Source: Octopus sinensis (lineage: Eukaryota). From it: a DNA stretch of 64,000 bases. This document shows, one piece after another, positions 38,738 to 53,122 of the stretch. The notes below the pieces were generated by a model, which made no database searches, was not told the origin of the DNA, and worked only from the letters and a program-made list of their open reading frames with translations. A program made the translations under genes and the position numbers. The stretch lies in assembly GCF_006345805.1 (NCBI RefSeq), contig NC_043007.1, positions 23,188,001 through 23,252,000 of the forward strand, in the 5' to 3' direction. Position 1 is the first letter of the stretch; every line of letters begins with the position of its first letter.

Positions 38738-39150
38738 CAGGAGTGGCTGTGTGGTAAGTAGCTTGCTAACCAACCACATGGTTCCGGATTCAGTCCCACT
38801 GCGTGGCATCTTGGGCAAGTGTCTTCTGCTATAGCCCCGGGTCGACCAATGCCTTGTGAGTGGATTTGGTAGACGGAAACTGAAAGAAGCCTGTCGTATA
38901 TATGTATATATATATAAGTGTGTGTGTGTATATGTTTGTGTGTCTGTGTTTGTCCCCCTAGCATTGCTTGACAACCGATGCTGGTGTGTTTACGTCCCCG
39001 TCACTTAGCGGTTCGGCAAAAGAGACCGATAGAATAAGTACTGGGCTTACAAAGAATAAGTCCCGGGGTCGATTTGCTCGACTAAAGGCGGTGCTCCAGC
39101 ATGGCCGCAGTCAAATGACTGAAACAAGTAAACAAGTAAACGAGTAAACG
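38738..39150 (+). mobile_element. Family B SINE, full length, young subfamily
   Basis: Near-identical to 29469-29860, with a tandem AAACAAGT/AAACGAGT tail. Confidence 0.9.
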
Positions 39151-39412
39151 AGTATATATACATGCATATGCGCGCACACACACACACTCACACACACACA
39201 CATTAATACATACACACGTACGGCAGGAAGAATTTATCCTTTTATCCTAAACATGATCTTCCTTCAGAATCACCGTGATAATGTTGAACATGGTTGTTAC
39301 GTACACAAACACACAGACACGCAGACACACACATACACATGTAGATGCACACGTGTGTATATATGGATGTATGAATGTATGTATGTATATATAGGTATAT
39401 GGATATATATAT

Positions 39413-39464
<52 letters not shown>

Positions 39465-39468
39465 ATAA

Positions 39469-39523
<55 letters not shown>

Positions 39524-39526
39524 CAG

Positions 39527-39596
<70 letters not shown>

Positions 39597-39919
39597 CATA
39601 TATCTATATAATTTGAAAGTCTATGAGAATTACTTAATACAATTTTGAAGTGTAAAGATAATTTTTAAAGTCATTTTCCTCCCAAAAAATGTTATGAAAT
39701 CCTTTGTCAGGATGTTACTAAACATTTTTGAGAAATTTGTTTTGTCTAGCGTATGAGCGCTTTCGTTTAACCTTTTCACACACGTGTATGAAAGTAATTT
39801 GGGAAGATGCAAGGAAACCAAGCATTGATTCGCTTTGAAATCAGTTTGAAAAAAGACCTTTCCCATTTAGGCTATCGACGTGCAAGACTTATGCTTTATG
39901 ATAGGTCATAAGTATCAGT

Positions 39920-40640
39920 AACAGGCCGTTGTCTGTGTTTGTTTTGGCAAGTGTGCTCAATTTCATTGTAGAATTAATTTTCTATACGAATTTCCCTTAA
40001 CGAATAGGAGCGCTGTGTGTATCATATTTTGAAGGTGTACTTGGTTAACCCTATAAAGGTCTTTAACCTGCAGTCTGCTGATCCTACGTCTTCTCTGTTA
40101 ACGATTGCCTGTGAAATGCATTTTGTATCCAAGTCATAATTCTACAATTGTATTCAGGTTGTGCTATTGTGCAGCATTTATTCATTTAAACATTCGTAGC
40201 TTGAATCACGAGCTAGGAATTAAGCCTGGATAATCCATATTTTTCTACATTTATTTCTTTAGGTAACAAGATTTTCTTCGTACAACGATTGCCTGCTAAT
40301 TGACTGATACATGTGTGTGTGTGAGCGCGAGTGTTTGTGTAATTCGTGTGTGTAACCACGGCATAAAATGTATAACTGCTGAACAATAGTACAAACTAAA
40401 TTGTAGAATCCTTACTTGGTTACAAAATACACTTCACAGGGAATAGTTTATATAGGATCAGCAGATGTGAGGTTACGGACGTTTAAATATGATACAAACT
40501 GTACATCCATTCGTTTAGGTTTATGAGTAAAGCCAATGATTTGTTACTTTCGAACTACATTTTCTTTTTAAACACATAGAAATTAATTCTACACTGAAAT
40601 GGAGCATTCTTGCAAAACAAACACATGCAACAGCCGCTGT
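39920..40640. mobile_element. Old long-TIR MITE-like element (~260 bp diverged arms, ~200 bp spacer)
   Basis: TGTGTTTGTTTTGGCAAG..TGTAGAATTAATTTTCTAT and TCTGCTGATCCTA..TTTTGTATCCAAGT are each mirrored between 40377 and 40640. Confidence 0.55.
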
Positions 40641-40779
40641 TGCTACCAATACTTTTGCGCAATCACAAAACATAAAATTGACTTTCTACGGCGATAACCT
40701 AAAAATGAAAGCTTTTTTTTCAAACTGATGACGAAGAAAAGCAACATTTTGTTTCCTTGCATTTTCCTAAATTACTTCA

Positions 40780-40866
<87 letters not shown>

Positions 40867-40891
40867 CGTCTGTCTCTCTGTCCCTTCCCCC

Positions 40892-40949
<58 letters not shown>

Positions 40950-40957
40950 TATACATA

Positions 40958-42259
40958 CTAGCTAGTATACCCAGTAATTCCCGGGGGTAAAGATGTTCTA
41001 TTTAAACGCCTTATTACTCTGGCAATTCGTTATAACAATTTCGTTATAACTGCCACAAAAGATGTATTTTCCGTCGCGAAAAAGTACAAAAAACTGTCAG
41101 CTGGAGCAGGGAGAGATAGTCGGAGGTTGGCGGGAGAGGGTTTCGGAGGTTGCGAGAGAGGTTGGCGGGAGATGTTGTCGGAAGTTGGCGAAAGAGATTG
41201 TCAGAGGTTGTCTAGAGAGATTGTTGGCGCTGTCGAGAGAGGTTGTCGGAGGGAGAAGCATCTTTGTTCCAAAATTTCAGTCTTGCAGGGTTTCGTGGCA
41301 CACAATGTTTTCGGTTTTGCCGTTGGGTGCATAAATGAATAAATATTCCCGATTTCCAACTCTAGAGCATCCGACATAGAGCTGTCCGTAAAAAAAAAGC
41401 AGAATTGGGATACACTTATTAAGTACGTTCTGGAATCAAAAATTTATCTACTGTCATCAAAAAAGTTTAACTGGAAAAATGTAGAATTATCGGAGTTATG
41501 GGTATTCAAAGCGTAATCACATTTAATTGAAAACCCTGCATGAATTGCCAGTATTTAGTTATTTGGAGATTAATGCAATGTCTAAATTAATTACAGCAAT
41601 TCCTATATAACTGTTTAGATACTGAAGTAGAATAGACGAAGAATAATTGTTTGGCTTAGTAAATATCAAACAATGAATCGTAGACTTACTTGAGATTACC
41701 ATTGTCGCATTAGAGCAGCTTGTGAAGTAGAAGTACCCATTCGTACTCTTACTTGTCGTGGCATTTTAAAGGTTAACTTTATCAAGGCTATTTTATTAAA
41801 GCTAATATATAAATGTAGTATATATAAGCGCAAAAAAGTATTATGTATATAAATGTATGAATGAAGTCTTTAAGGTTTAAGATTCAAATCACGAAAGTGC
41901 AATAATAAGGTTTAGCTGTTCAAAACTGTGAGTAGTAAAATGCAGAATTAGGTCCGCTGATAGTGAGAATCAAATAGTGATCGCTTCGCTAAAAACCGAC
42001 AATTGTATGTGCAGGTGCTATAGGTTATTTCCCTTGGGTGTTTAAATAAGATATATTAGTTATATGTAGTAGATACAAGGATACCTTCCAGGGGCCCTAT
42101 TATCAACTTTTTCAACAATCTCAGTATGTTACGAGGTTTCTAGACATGAGTTCCACTCACGTGTCAAGTTTCATCAAAATCGATAAAACGATGTAAGAGG
42201 AGTTAGCTAACAACTCCACAAACACACCCGCAGTCAGAATTACCCACATGTGTAGTCGA
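40958..42259 (-). mobile_element. Probable 1.3 kb non-autonomous Helitron-like element with internal purine-rich degenerate minisatellite
   Basis: A|CTAG terminus with an adjacent CCCAG..CCCGGGGG hairpin-like motif, and a candidate TC start at 42258-42259. Shares AAGTTTCATCA.AATCG with 8632-9011. Degenerate GAGAGxTTGTCGGAGG repeats at 41105-41255. Confidence 0.4.
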
Positions 42260-42376
42260 TACATACATGCATGCATTCATACATACATGCATACATACAT
42301 ACACGCATGCATACATACATACATATATACTTACATATATACTTACATACATACATACATATACTTACATATATAC

Positions 42377-42407
<31 letters not shown>

Positions 42408-42702
42408 CATACGTATGTACATACATACATATGTACATACATACAACATGGGGGCCTCCAACTTCCAGTAGGCCAACTGCGTGCCTGGACACCAACCCAT
42501 GTATTTTCATGTCCCTGCGCATATATACATGCAAACATACACATGTACACCTATTGTTGAATGGCCGTTACCTGCTCATGCGTTCTTCTGCCCTTTGACA
42601 GGTCTTAGTTTTCGGTCCTGCAGGCTGTCCAACACTCACCCTCCTTACATATATATGCGTATAACATATGTATGTATTTATGTATAATATATGACAATAT
42701 AT

Positions 42703-42924
42703 ATTTCTTTACTAGCCACAAGGGGCTAAACATAGAGGGGACAAACAAGGACAGACAAAGGGATACATCGACCCCAGTGCGCAACTGGTACTTGATTTAT
42801 CGACCCCGAAAGGATGAAAGGCAAAGTTGACCTCGGCGGAATTTGAACTCAGAACGTAACGGCAGACGAAATACGGCCACGCATTTCGCCCGGCGTGCTA
42901 ACCTTTCTGCCAGCTCGCCGCCTT
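42703..42924 (-). mobile_element. Family A SINE with 14-bp TSD
   Basis: Full head and body. ATATGACAATATAT occurs at 42689-42702 and 42925-42938. Confidence 0.85.
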
Positions 42925-43592
42925 ATATGACAATATATGACAATATATATTACTAGACTACCCGAGCCGTCAATAATGACGAAGTTATTGTTATAAAAAA
43001 TTACCCGATGAATGTTGATAATTAGAGGATGAGGAAGTAAATAATATATCAAAATAACAGGAAGTAAGAAAATTATATTTATCATTCCCCAAATGCGATA
43101 CATCGTAATTTACTGCAGAAGTTCATGAAGAACATTTCTTGTATAGACATGTAGAGATACTGGCACACCTTAGCCTTCTGAATTTTCAACGTATAATTTG
43201 AAAATATTTTAAACTGTAATCCTAAGCCTAACCCAGGTCCTAGCATTTCACTGCGTAGACTACATATACTGTAGTAGATCGCACGCTAAAGTAGCACAGA
43301 AATTTCTGGCGAATGAACAGAACAACTCCAACTAGTAAGTGTTTCAAATTTTAGAGAGAAAGATTTTTAATTGGTCTTAGTGGAAAAAACACAATAATGA
43401 AATCAAACTTAGATATCATTGTTCTATAGTACAGCAGAAATTTACTTCAAAAGAACAGCTCAGGCTATAATTCTGCTTCACTATTAAATCTCGATGCAAA
43501 ATCAAGATTTTCGCCCCTCGTAGTCGCACCTTAGTTTTTTCAGTTAAAATCTAGAATAAAATAGAGCAACTAATACACGAATAAATACGATA

Positions 43593-43632
<40 letters not shown>

Positions 43633-43672
43633 CGCGTATGTAAGTACATACATAGTTGTATTCACACGTATT

Positions 43673-43803
<131 letters not shown>

Positions 43804-44494
43804 ATATATATATACATACATAGAAAAGAGTAAAAGCGAAATCCAAGCAAACTTGTAATGGTACCCTTGTTGGCAACAGTTATTGTCAATAAGGAAGTTC
43901 ATTAAAAAAAACAACTTTAAGATTAATTATCCTCGAGTGGTGTAGAATACAAGGCCCCAACTCGCCCCATTCAGCCTACATCTAAGACATGGTAAACAAA
44001 AATATAACTCAACGTTGGATTCTACACTCCTCACTGCGGCTAAGCTTCAACTCTCTTCTGAATTCCCATCACATATAACAAAGTCCAATAGATGCTTGCT
44101 GAATAGGTATGTAGCGCCTGAATTATGCATGGTTGTATGTAAAGTAAAATGTCAAACACCAGTTAAGGTGTCAGACTTGTAGCACTGTGCTGATAATAAC
44201 ACATTCATCACCTCCGAACGATGATGTTGGCTCTATGCAATCTCTAGGCATGGGTTAGAACACACACTCACACTAATCACCTTCACGCATCCTTATATAC
44301 ACATGCACGCGTGTGTGTGTGTGGGGGGGGGGTACTCCACCACACACAACAGCAGTGAAAATTTTGCAACATGATTGAAATACTTCCGCCAGGGATGGAT
44401 GGAAATAGAATCACAAACTCAAATCACCGGAAATCTGTTCACCTCTTTTTTTACTGGAGAAAACTAATGTCATATCTCACAATACATTCAAATA

Positions 44495-44543
44495 CACTCC
44501 TATGTAAACATGTATACATATATATACATACACAGTACATATA

Positions 44544-44577
<34 letters not shown>

Positions 44578-44978
44578 CATACATGCATACATAATACATA
44601 CATACAGACATACATTCATACATACATACATACATACATACATACATACATACATGCATACATACATACATACAGACATACATTCATACATACATACATA
44701 CATACATACATACATACATACATGCATACATGCATATATGCATACATGCATATATGCTTACATACATACATACATACATACACAATGCATACATACATAC
44801 ATACATACATACATACATACACAATGCATACATGCATACATACATACATACATACATACATACATACATACATACACAATGCATACATACATACATACAT
44901 ACATACATACATACATACATACATACATACATCATACATACATACATACATACATACATACATACATACATACATACT
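44495..44978. repeat. (TACA)n microsatellite tract
   Basis: Direct reading. Comparable tracts lie at 42265-42445, 45305-45460 and 58060-58580. (TA)n tracts of 50-400 bp occur throughout, e.g. 9675-9835, 28410-28780, 43675-43815, 48105-48450. Confidence 0.95.
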
Positions 44979-47900
44979 TTGGCCTCCTTTCCTGTTATAT
45001 TATCCTGCACCAGCTACATTAATTTTATGGTTTTTACAGTCAAAGAGGACGAATATTTTGGTTTTCTTACTTTTGTTTCTTCTTGTTCCACTTTTTGCAT
45101 CAACCGTCTTCGCGTTTTTTCTTCTCGTTTTCTTCCATGTTATCTCATAGCCCTACATCCTGGTGTTTTTAAATACATTTAACATTATGAACTGGGCCTG
45201 AAAGATCGCTTGGACATACATGGTTTGTTATATAAATCAGCCAGTTTAATGAATTTTAATGCAGGAACCTATTAGTTGCTCTATTTTGCAATTGTGTTGT
45301 GTGCGTATGTATGTGTGTGTGTATGTATGTATGTATGTATGTATGTATGTATGTATGTATGTATGTATGTATGTATGTATGTATGCATGTATGTATGTAT
45401 GCATGCATGCATGCATGTATGTATGTATGTATGTATGTATGTATGTATGTATGTATGTATCTATCTATCTATCTATCTATTCCTTAAATTTGTGACAAAT
45501 ACCATCTCCAACATCAGTGCCACAAGAATCAGTCTTATCAAATACATGGTTAATCTTTTGATCACATTCATTGAAAAAAAAATACAAACTTGCTTGAAGC
45601 ATATTCGAACATGCAAAAAGCCATTCACTATATTTTGTCACGGAGAAAACAAAATCTATTCATAATCGTAGCGTTATTTATCTTGAATTCACCATGCAGA
45701 GAATTGCTAGTTACAATAGCTTCGGCAACGTCGGTGAAAAATCAAGGAATAGAACACAACATTGGGGGATAAAAAAAAAAAAGGAAAAAAACAAAATCCT
45801 ATTAGTTGCACTAATGGAAAATACTAGAATTTTATAGTACGTTTTTCTTGGAGTTATGAACTGCAATGACATGTGTAATCACTATGAAATTGCAAAAACG
45901 ATTCTTCTGCTAGCTTGACGATTATAATGAAATTATTCTCGAACAAACGTTACCCACATCTAAATGGTCGTTCAACAAAACAATTATTCCAGCAAGCGAC
46001 GAGTGCTAAAGGCTATAGGAGGCTTGTTGATTGTAATTTTATTCCCCTAAATTAAGAAAAGTGCAGAAATAATAGTAAACTAACACATACCTAGAACACA
46101 AATGCCGACAACAAATATGACATAACATCCAGTCTTTGACTGCGACTATGTTATTCGTAGTAAGGCTGGCCACCAAATACTAGCTCCAGTGATCATAGCA
46201 GCAGTCATGATATGTATATTATGTGGTGAGAGAGTGAAGAAAAAAGCCGTTAAGGTGAATTTTTAATGAGATTATTCAAAAAAGATTATTTCATGTTTAA
46301 AGCTACCGCTACAAGACAAATATTTTATTAATATTGAGTTAACAGCGAAGAAGATATAACAACAGAAAAATAACTTTTCCTTTTGGAAAATAAACATGTT
46401 TATATTTCCTCCCCACAATTATCAAGCAGCCTCGTAAATCTACTAAATAAGTAACTAAAGGCAATACCATGAAAAAAGGCAGCAGGATAGAAAAAAAAGT
46501 GTCATCAAGATTTTAAAGATCTGAAAAAATATTATTTCTCTAGATTAAACTATCAGTTATGTGACAGTACCCAGGAAATGTAAACAAATAAATTTCTACT
46601 CTTCCCCGCAACAAAAACTAAAAATTAAAACAGAAAACTGTTCGAAGATATGAAAAAAGGACTCTTGAACATACATTGATTACGTTCCAACTGGAGTTAA
46701 AACTGTCAATTAGAATCTCTGTCATCGCAAGAAAGTAACCGAAAGGAAAATATTTGACAGGAAATTCAGTCAAAATCAGCAACAGTCAACTGAAGAGGAC
46801 GGTCGATAAAATTTACGGAAGTTAAAGAGAGAGCCACCCTGTTTTTCTCGAATCCGATGAGAAATGCTGTAGGTTTCTAGAAGTGTATGGAATATCTTAT
46901 ATATGGTGTTGTATAGTGAAACTGTACATCCCTCCTGGTAAAAAGTGGTAGCACCCAGCCATTATAAATAGACCAGTAGCCGGTCTATACAAGGAAGGTA
47001 CGCGAGTACGTGTAGACTGTGTTGATAGTCGTGTCTATATATTTATCTTCATGTGAAGATATGTCTCTATATATTTATGTGTATGTATGTAGTGTAGGTA
47101 TGTATATGTATGTATGTGTGTACGTATATATATATATATGTGTATATATATATGTACGTATGTGTATGTATATGTATATATATGTGTGTGTGTGGGCATG
47201 TATTTACGTCTATATTTATTTGTATATTTGTGTGTGTATTTGTATATATGTTTGTATTTATGTAGATATACATTTAATTTTATGTGTGCGTTTTTATGTG
47301 TATGATTCGCAAGCTGAACGAAGGATCTAACTTTTGTTAGATACTTATTGGAGCACCATCATTTCACTCCCTCTACTTCTATCTATTTTTTCCCATTCTC
47401 TTAATTTTCTGTTTCTTTCTTTATTTCTTTTTCTTCTTTTCCATTTTTCTTTCTCCTTCCACCCACTTATTCGATTTTTTTTTTATTTTTCTTTCTTTCG
47501 CTTGTAACAACCCACTTGTATATGCATACGCCAGGAGGTTTTGTGCGCGTGCATACATATATATGCATTTATATATATATTTATGTTTTGCTTTATCTGT
47601 ATATGTATGTAGCCATATACCTACATCTGTATATTTAGTGTATATACGTATATTATAGATTGTTTGGTATGTGTATGTATTGCTATTAATATGTAATTTA
47701 GCGTGAACATTTTTAAAACGGATTTATCTTTGAATTTATCAATTTCTTATCATTTTTACAGCTAATTATTTACCCTGGGTATTCAGGCCTTTTTCCTTCT
47801 TTATAAACTATTTTTGATTTAAGGTTTTCCTCGATTTTTATAATAATATGATTTTAAACCGCAATTTGTTATTTTATGCAACCGGTTATTGTAAAAACCG

Positions 47901-48016
47901 TTAGCTGAAAGGACCAATGAAGCAAAACCATTTTAAAATGTATATCTATCTAAGTAATGGTATTTCTGCATATAACTTTATCTTGCTCCATTTAAACAAA
48001 ACTGTCTGACGAACAA

Positions 48017-48091
48017 TTAGGGCAGCGGACTTGCGGTCGGAGAAACCGGAAAACCGGGCCCATGAGCCTGGCTAAGCTTGGAAAGGGCGCA
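48017..48091 (+). mobile_element. Internally deleted SINE: part of head C fused directly to tail 4
   Basis: TTAGGGCAGCGGACTTGCGGTCGGAG is joined to AAACCGGAAAACCGGGCCCATGAGCCTGGCTAAGCTTGGAAAGGGCGC. Confidence 0.65.
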
Positions 48092-48124
48092 TAAAAAAAA
48101 ATATATATATGTATATATATATAT

Positions 48125-48155
<31 letters not shown>

Positions 48156-48248
48156 TTATTATATATATATATATGTGTGTATATATATATATTATATATA
48201 TATATATATAACATATATATATATATTATATATATATATATGTGTGTA

Positions 48249-48281
<33 letters not shown>

Positions 48282-48368
48282 TATATATATATATATGTGT
48301 GTGTATATATATTATATATATATGTATATATATATATATATATGTTATATATATATAATATATATATA

Positions 48369-48418
<50 letters not shown>

Positions 48419-48991
48419 GTATATATATGTATATATATATGTATCGATAGATATATACATACACACATACATTGTTGTGTGTGTGTGCGCGAGAGTGTGA
48501 GAGAGAAAGAAATAATGAAATATATCCAGTAAGATGTCGGATAAGCGGCTGAAGATTCGATGGTCCACTTTGTGATACTTGTGTCATTTGTTGTTTTTAA
48601 TCCCAGATTAGCCCTTATTCGACTGACCTATAAATAAAGCCTAGAATTGGGATCCTCCCATCTTTTCCGTGTATCCGTAACGACATTTTCCAATGTTTCC
48701 ATCCATTGTTAAGATGGTCTCCACGTAAGGTCTTCCAGTAGTGACCTCACCATATATTCTCTTCCACACAAATGTGTCTTCTTTAAGAAGGTAAAATGTT
48801 GTGGTGATTTCGCTATTATTTCTAGTAATTGTCGAATGACTTTATAGGCGCTTTGTCATTGGCGCCTGACTGGTAATAAATAGCATATGAAAGTTGCTGG
48901 GTATTTACACCAGGCTTTCATCCACCTCCATCACTACCACTATCACCGCGACAACCACCACTGCCATCACTGCCGCCACCACTACTACTAC

Positions 48992-49030
<39 letters not shown>

Positions 49031-49071
49031 TATCATCATTGAAGTTACAACTTCCGCAGTTCAGTGCGAAG

Positions 49072-49675
49072 CAGTGGCTGCCCGTGTATAAGCACTGTGG
49101 AACTGCAGCACCCACTATTTCCACTCAATATTATCGATAACATTCAATATTATGAGTCCTTTTTTCTTTAATTCTTTCTTTATACTTGTACATTATATAA
49201 TCCTTAAGTTTGACGTCAGTAGCCATCCACCAGTTTATGACAAAAATACAAAAATCCTTGTATATAACTGTGCGCTTCACAGTTCTAGCGACGCGGTGTT
49301 TGGCTCTTGTGCGCATGCTCACATGTCCGAGGGAGAGAGAGCACTGCGTGAACGACAGGGTCGGCCCCGGTTTCCGGTGAAAGGCAGTGTTTCTTTTTGA
49401 CTCAGCGTGTGTTGTACTTAAAAACGTGTTTATATTCTTGAATGTGATAAAGTGTAGAATTAGATTAATATCCTGCTTCCAGAACTTGAAAAATAGAGCA
49501 CATCTCCACCCCACCCTTAATTTGTGATCAAGTTAATGTATAATTTGGGGATCAAGTTTATGCATAAATTTTCTTTTTATATGTTTGTTTCCTTTTGCAT
49601 AATATTAAAACAACGGCTAAAAATTTTCTGAAGCACCCCCCCCCCATCACTAATTTTATCTACGAGCCGCCACTG
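49072..49675. mobile_element. Possible ~600 bp DNA-transposon MITE (CAGTGGCGG-type ends)
   Basis: Left CAGTGGCTGCCCGTG and right TACGAGCCGCCACTG, with subterminal GCAGCACCC / GAAGCACCC. No clear TSD. Confidence 0.35.
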
Positions 49676-49903
49676 GTAAAGAAAGAAGGTAATGGTGGTG
49701 GTGGTGATGGCCACGGTGACGATGACGATGATGATAACGATGATGGTTAGGAATAAGAGGAGAAGGTAGACGAGTCAGAGGCCGAAATTGCGAGGATGAT
49801 CCGGTTCTTGACTGAAGATTGAAGGAAGGCTTCGAATGTCCCGTCCGTGGTTTTTGTATCGTCTTCTAAATGTTTTACGTTCTTGTCCCAGTTTGTATTT
49901 TTC

Positions 49904-49978
<75 letters not shown>

Positions 49979-50251
49979 AAATTGAATAAGGGTAGAAATT
50001 GATATTAATCAATTAAAACCAGTGGCCTAGCATATTAAAGAAATCCGAAGATTAAAATATTTTTACATACAAATTTTAAAGGACTGACCACTAAAAAGTG
50101 GACGGTCAACATGCTAGATATAGACGTCAAATCGCTATTTTCCACGAAGAATGTGTTCTCAAATAAAAACTCAGCACAAACCAAAACGTAAAAAATAAGC
50201 AAGACAAATGAAAATATACGAAATAATAACGATTACCTATGTACCGATCAG

Positions 50252-50288
<37 letters not shown>

Positions 50289-51478
50289 CTTTAGTTATAT
50301 TTAAAATTAGTTTTGCTGGTGGGTGGTTTATTTAAAAAAAACAACACCGCGATTAACGTCCACCGGTTGATAACTCGGCCATGTTTGTTGTGTTCTGTTC
50401 TATCTATCGCCGTTGCAACCAGAGTTTCTTGTTTCATGTTGCTGTTTCATGTTGTGCTCATGTTACTGTTTTAGCATATCAATCAACCAATGTTTGTTTA
50501 TCTCATGGGGTAGTAATAAATAGAGGCAAGGCAATTTGCTTGACTATTTCTAATCACTTGTATCCATCGATGATTGATTAGCACAGCTGACGTCAGCTAC
50601 GAGGGCTACGAGAGCTATAAGGTTATCGTAAGATTTAAGCTCAACGCTGATAACTAATCTAATAAAATGCATGTAAATAGTACAGCGCTTTCACTGATTG
50701 TTTCGATAGTTGCGCCTATGTAGTCGTGAGCAGGCATTGACACCATCTCGAGCTCCTAAGCCTTCACCCAGTTGCATATCCAGAGTGTGACAGCTAGAAA
50801 GAGAGAGAGAGGGGGGGAGGCAGAGACAGACAGATAGACAGACAGACAGAGTTACAACTGAAATGAAGTGTTTTGCTCAACAACAATGCGTCGCTTTGTC
50901 CAGGAATCGAACTCTCGACTATGGGATTGTGAGCCGAAGATCCTAACTACTCAGTTAGGATGTTCGCCTTGACACGAGTATTGTGTTCGCTTTTACGCAA
51001 GCGTTGTTTGCATCCATACAAGCATTAGAATGTATTTTCTAAAGCTCAAAATTATATTTTAAAAAATCGGTAGCTCATCCTGATACACCTTGCGGTTCAC
51101 GGTCTAAGAACAACGGATTTACACGAAGAAGGAGTTTTCTAGTAGTTCTATGAATGAGACTTATTGCTAGAATTTGTCTTCAGCACCGTCATAAACTTAG
51201 GATAACAGAAGAAGCGATCGTTCATTTACAAGCCAGAATGAAAACACCTACGCGGTGAGTTGGCATTCCAGAAATAGCAGCCATATCTCGCTCAACTAAA
51301 AACCCTAGAAAGAACACCAATGTCTGAAGGAAAAACGTGATGGTCACCACTGGGATTGCTTTTGAGAATAGGTTGTTTTCTGTTATCAATTTGGTCTTAT
51401 AATCTATACTAAGCGAAAAGTCCTGCTATTGTTGTCGCGGTCCACGATCTTACTTGGGTTTAGTATACCCCGGTCAAA

Positions 51479-51711
51479 GGGCGGCGAGCTGGCAGAAACG
51501 TTAGCACGCCGGGCTAAATGCTTAGCAGTATTTCGTCTGTCACTACGTTCTGAGTTCAAATTCCACCGAGGTCGACTTTGCCTTTCATCCTTTCGGGGTC
51601 GATTAAATAAGTACCAGTTACGCACTGGGGTCGATGTAATCGACTTAATCCGTTTGTCTGTTCTTGTTTGTCCCCTCTGTGTTTAGCCCCTTGTGGGTAA
51701 TAAAGAAATAG
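51479..51711 (+). mobile_element. Family A SINE, full length, with 14-bp TSD
   Basis: GTATACCCCGGTCA occurs at 51463-51476 and 51712-51725. The core GCCTTTCATCCTTTCGGGGTCGAT resembles the Meta-type SINE central domain (inference). Confidence 0.9.
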
Positions 51712-52293
51712 GTATACCCCGGTCAGTTAGTGACCCTCTTGACAAATTCATACTAACTCCTCCAGGAATATGTATTTGGTTGGTATATTTGTAGAAAACT
51801 CAGTTTCGATGTACAAACATTGAAAATAACACCCATTTCTTCGTAAAGCGTAGTTTCGATCACTGAACATCCAGTTCATGGGCCCAAGCACAATTTCATA
51901 GCACCATCGTGCACGACAAGTGATTAAGCAAAATAATATATTATTTCTTATATTGTCTGTTCTGTGTTACATTACTTCTATTACATTATCCATCATGTGT
52001 TGTTTATTTATTATTTATTCATCTCTATTCATTGGACTGTATCGAATGTACGAAATATAGTAACTATACGATACATATTGCAGCACAGGGATTTAATTTA
52101 TTTGCAGAAAGGCGACATTTCATTCTGCTGATATTACCGAGTGTCACATTTGACAAACTATATGAGTTGTAAATTTTTCTGGGAATCACTTAATTTGCCA
52201 TTTTCAGATCAACAAGAATGAAATCCATTCCACAAATGTTTCCCCAAAGCAACATAGCAAGCGAGCTTGCTGGTGTACTATATACAATACACC

Positions 52294-52528
52294 AGGGCGG
52301 CGAGCTGGCAGAAACGTTAGCACGCCGGGCGAAATGCATAGCCGTATTTCGTCTGCCGTTAAGTGTTCTGAGTTCAAATTCCGCCGAGGTCGACTTTGCC
52401 TTTCATCCTTTCGGGGTCGATAAATTAAGTGCCAGTTACGCACTGGGGTCGATGTGATCGATTTAATCCCTTTGTCTGTCCTTGTTTGTCCCCTCTATGT
52501 TTAGCCCCTTGTGGGTTGTAAAGAAATA
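52294..52528 (+). mobile_element. Family A SINE, full length, with 15-bp TSD
   Basis: TATATACAATACACC occurs at 52279-52293 and 52529-52543. Confidence 0.9.
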
Positions 52529-52739
52529 TATATACAATACACCTACATCAGAAGACTTATAGAACGAAGCAATCTGGAATCTGTATAGAAGTTGTCTCGA
52601 TGTAGTTTTGACAGATTAAAACTAGGCATCACAACATGAAAATTCTAATCCGATCAATCGAGCTAATGTGGAAACGTTCGTTACTCAGTCGCTCGACTTG
52701 CTAGAAATAGCAGCACAAACATCCGACTCTATGAGATGA

Positions 52740-53122
52740 TGGAAGCACTCCGTCGGTTACGACGACGAGGGTTCCGGTTGATCCGATCAACGGAACAGCC
52801 TGCTCGTGAAATTAACGTGTAAGTGGCTGAGCACTCCACAGACACGCGTACCCTTAACGTAGTTCTCGGTGATATTCAGCGTGACACAGAGAGTGACAAG
52901 GCCGGTCCTTTGAAATACAGGTACAACAGAAACAGGAAGTAAGAGTGAGAGAAAGTTGTGGTGAAAGAGTACAGCAGGGATCACCACCATCCCCTGCCGG
53001 AGCCTCGTGGAGCTTTGAGGTGTTTTCGCTCAATAAACACTCACAACGCCCGGTCTGGGAATCGAAACCGCGATCCTATGACCGCGAGTCCACTGCCCTA
53101 ACCCTGGGCCATTGCGCCTCCA
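52740..53122 (-). mobile_element. SINE head C + tail 1 with 11-bp TSD
   Basis: CTATGAGATGA occurs at 52729-52739 and 53123-53133. Confidence 0.9.

Noticed and set aside
44371-45150. Longest ORF in the track (259 aa)
   Set aside because: Its length comes from the stop-free (TACA)n tract, and the flanks show no domain features.
49770-49860. CTGAAGA..GAAG/CTTC..GAAT hammerhead-like string
   Set aside because: No GAAA, and no stem III or stem I pairing found.
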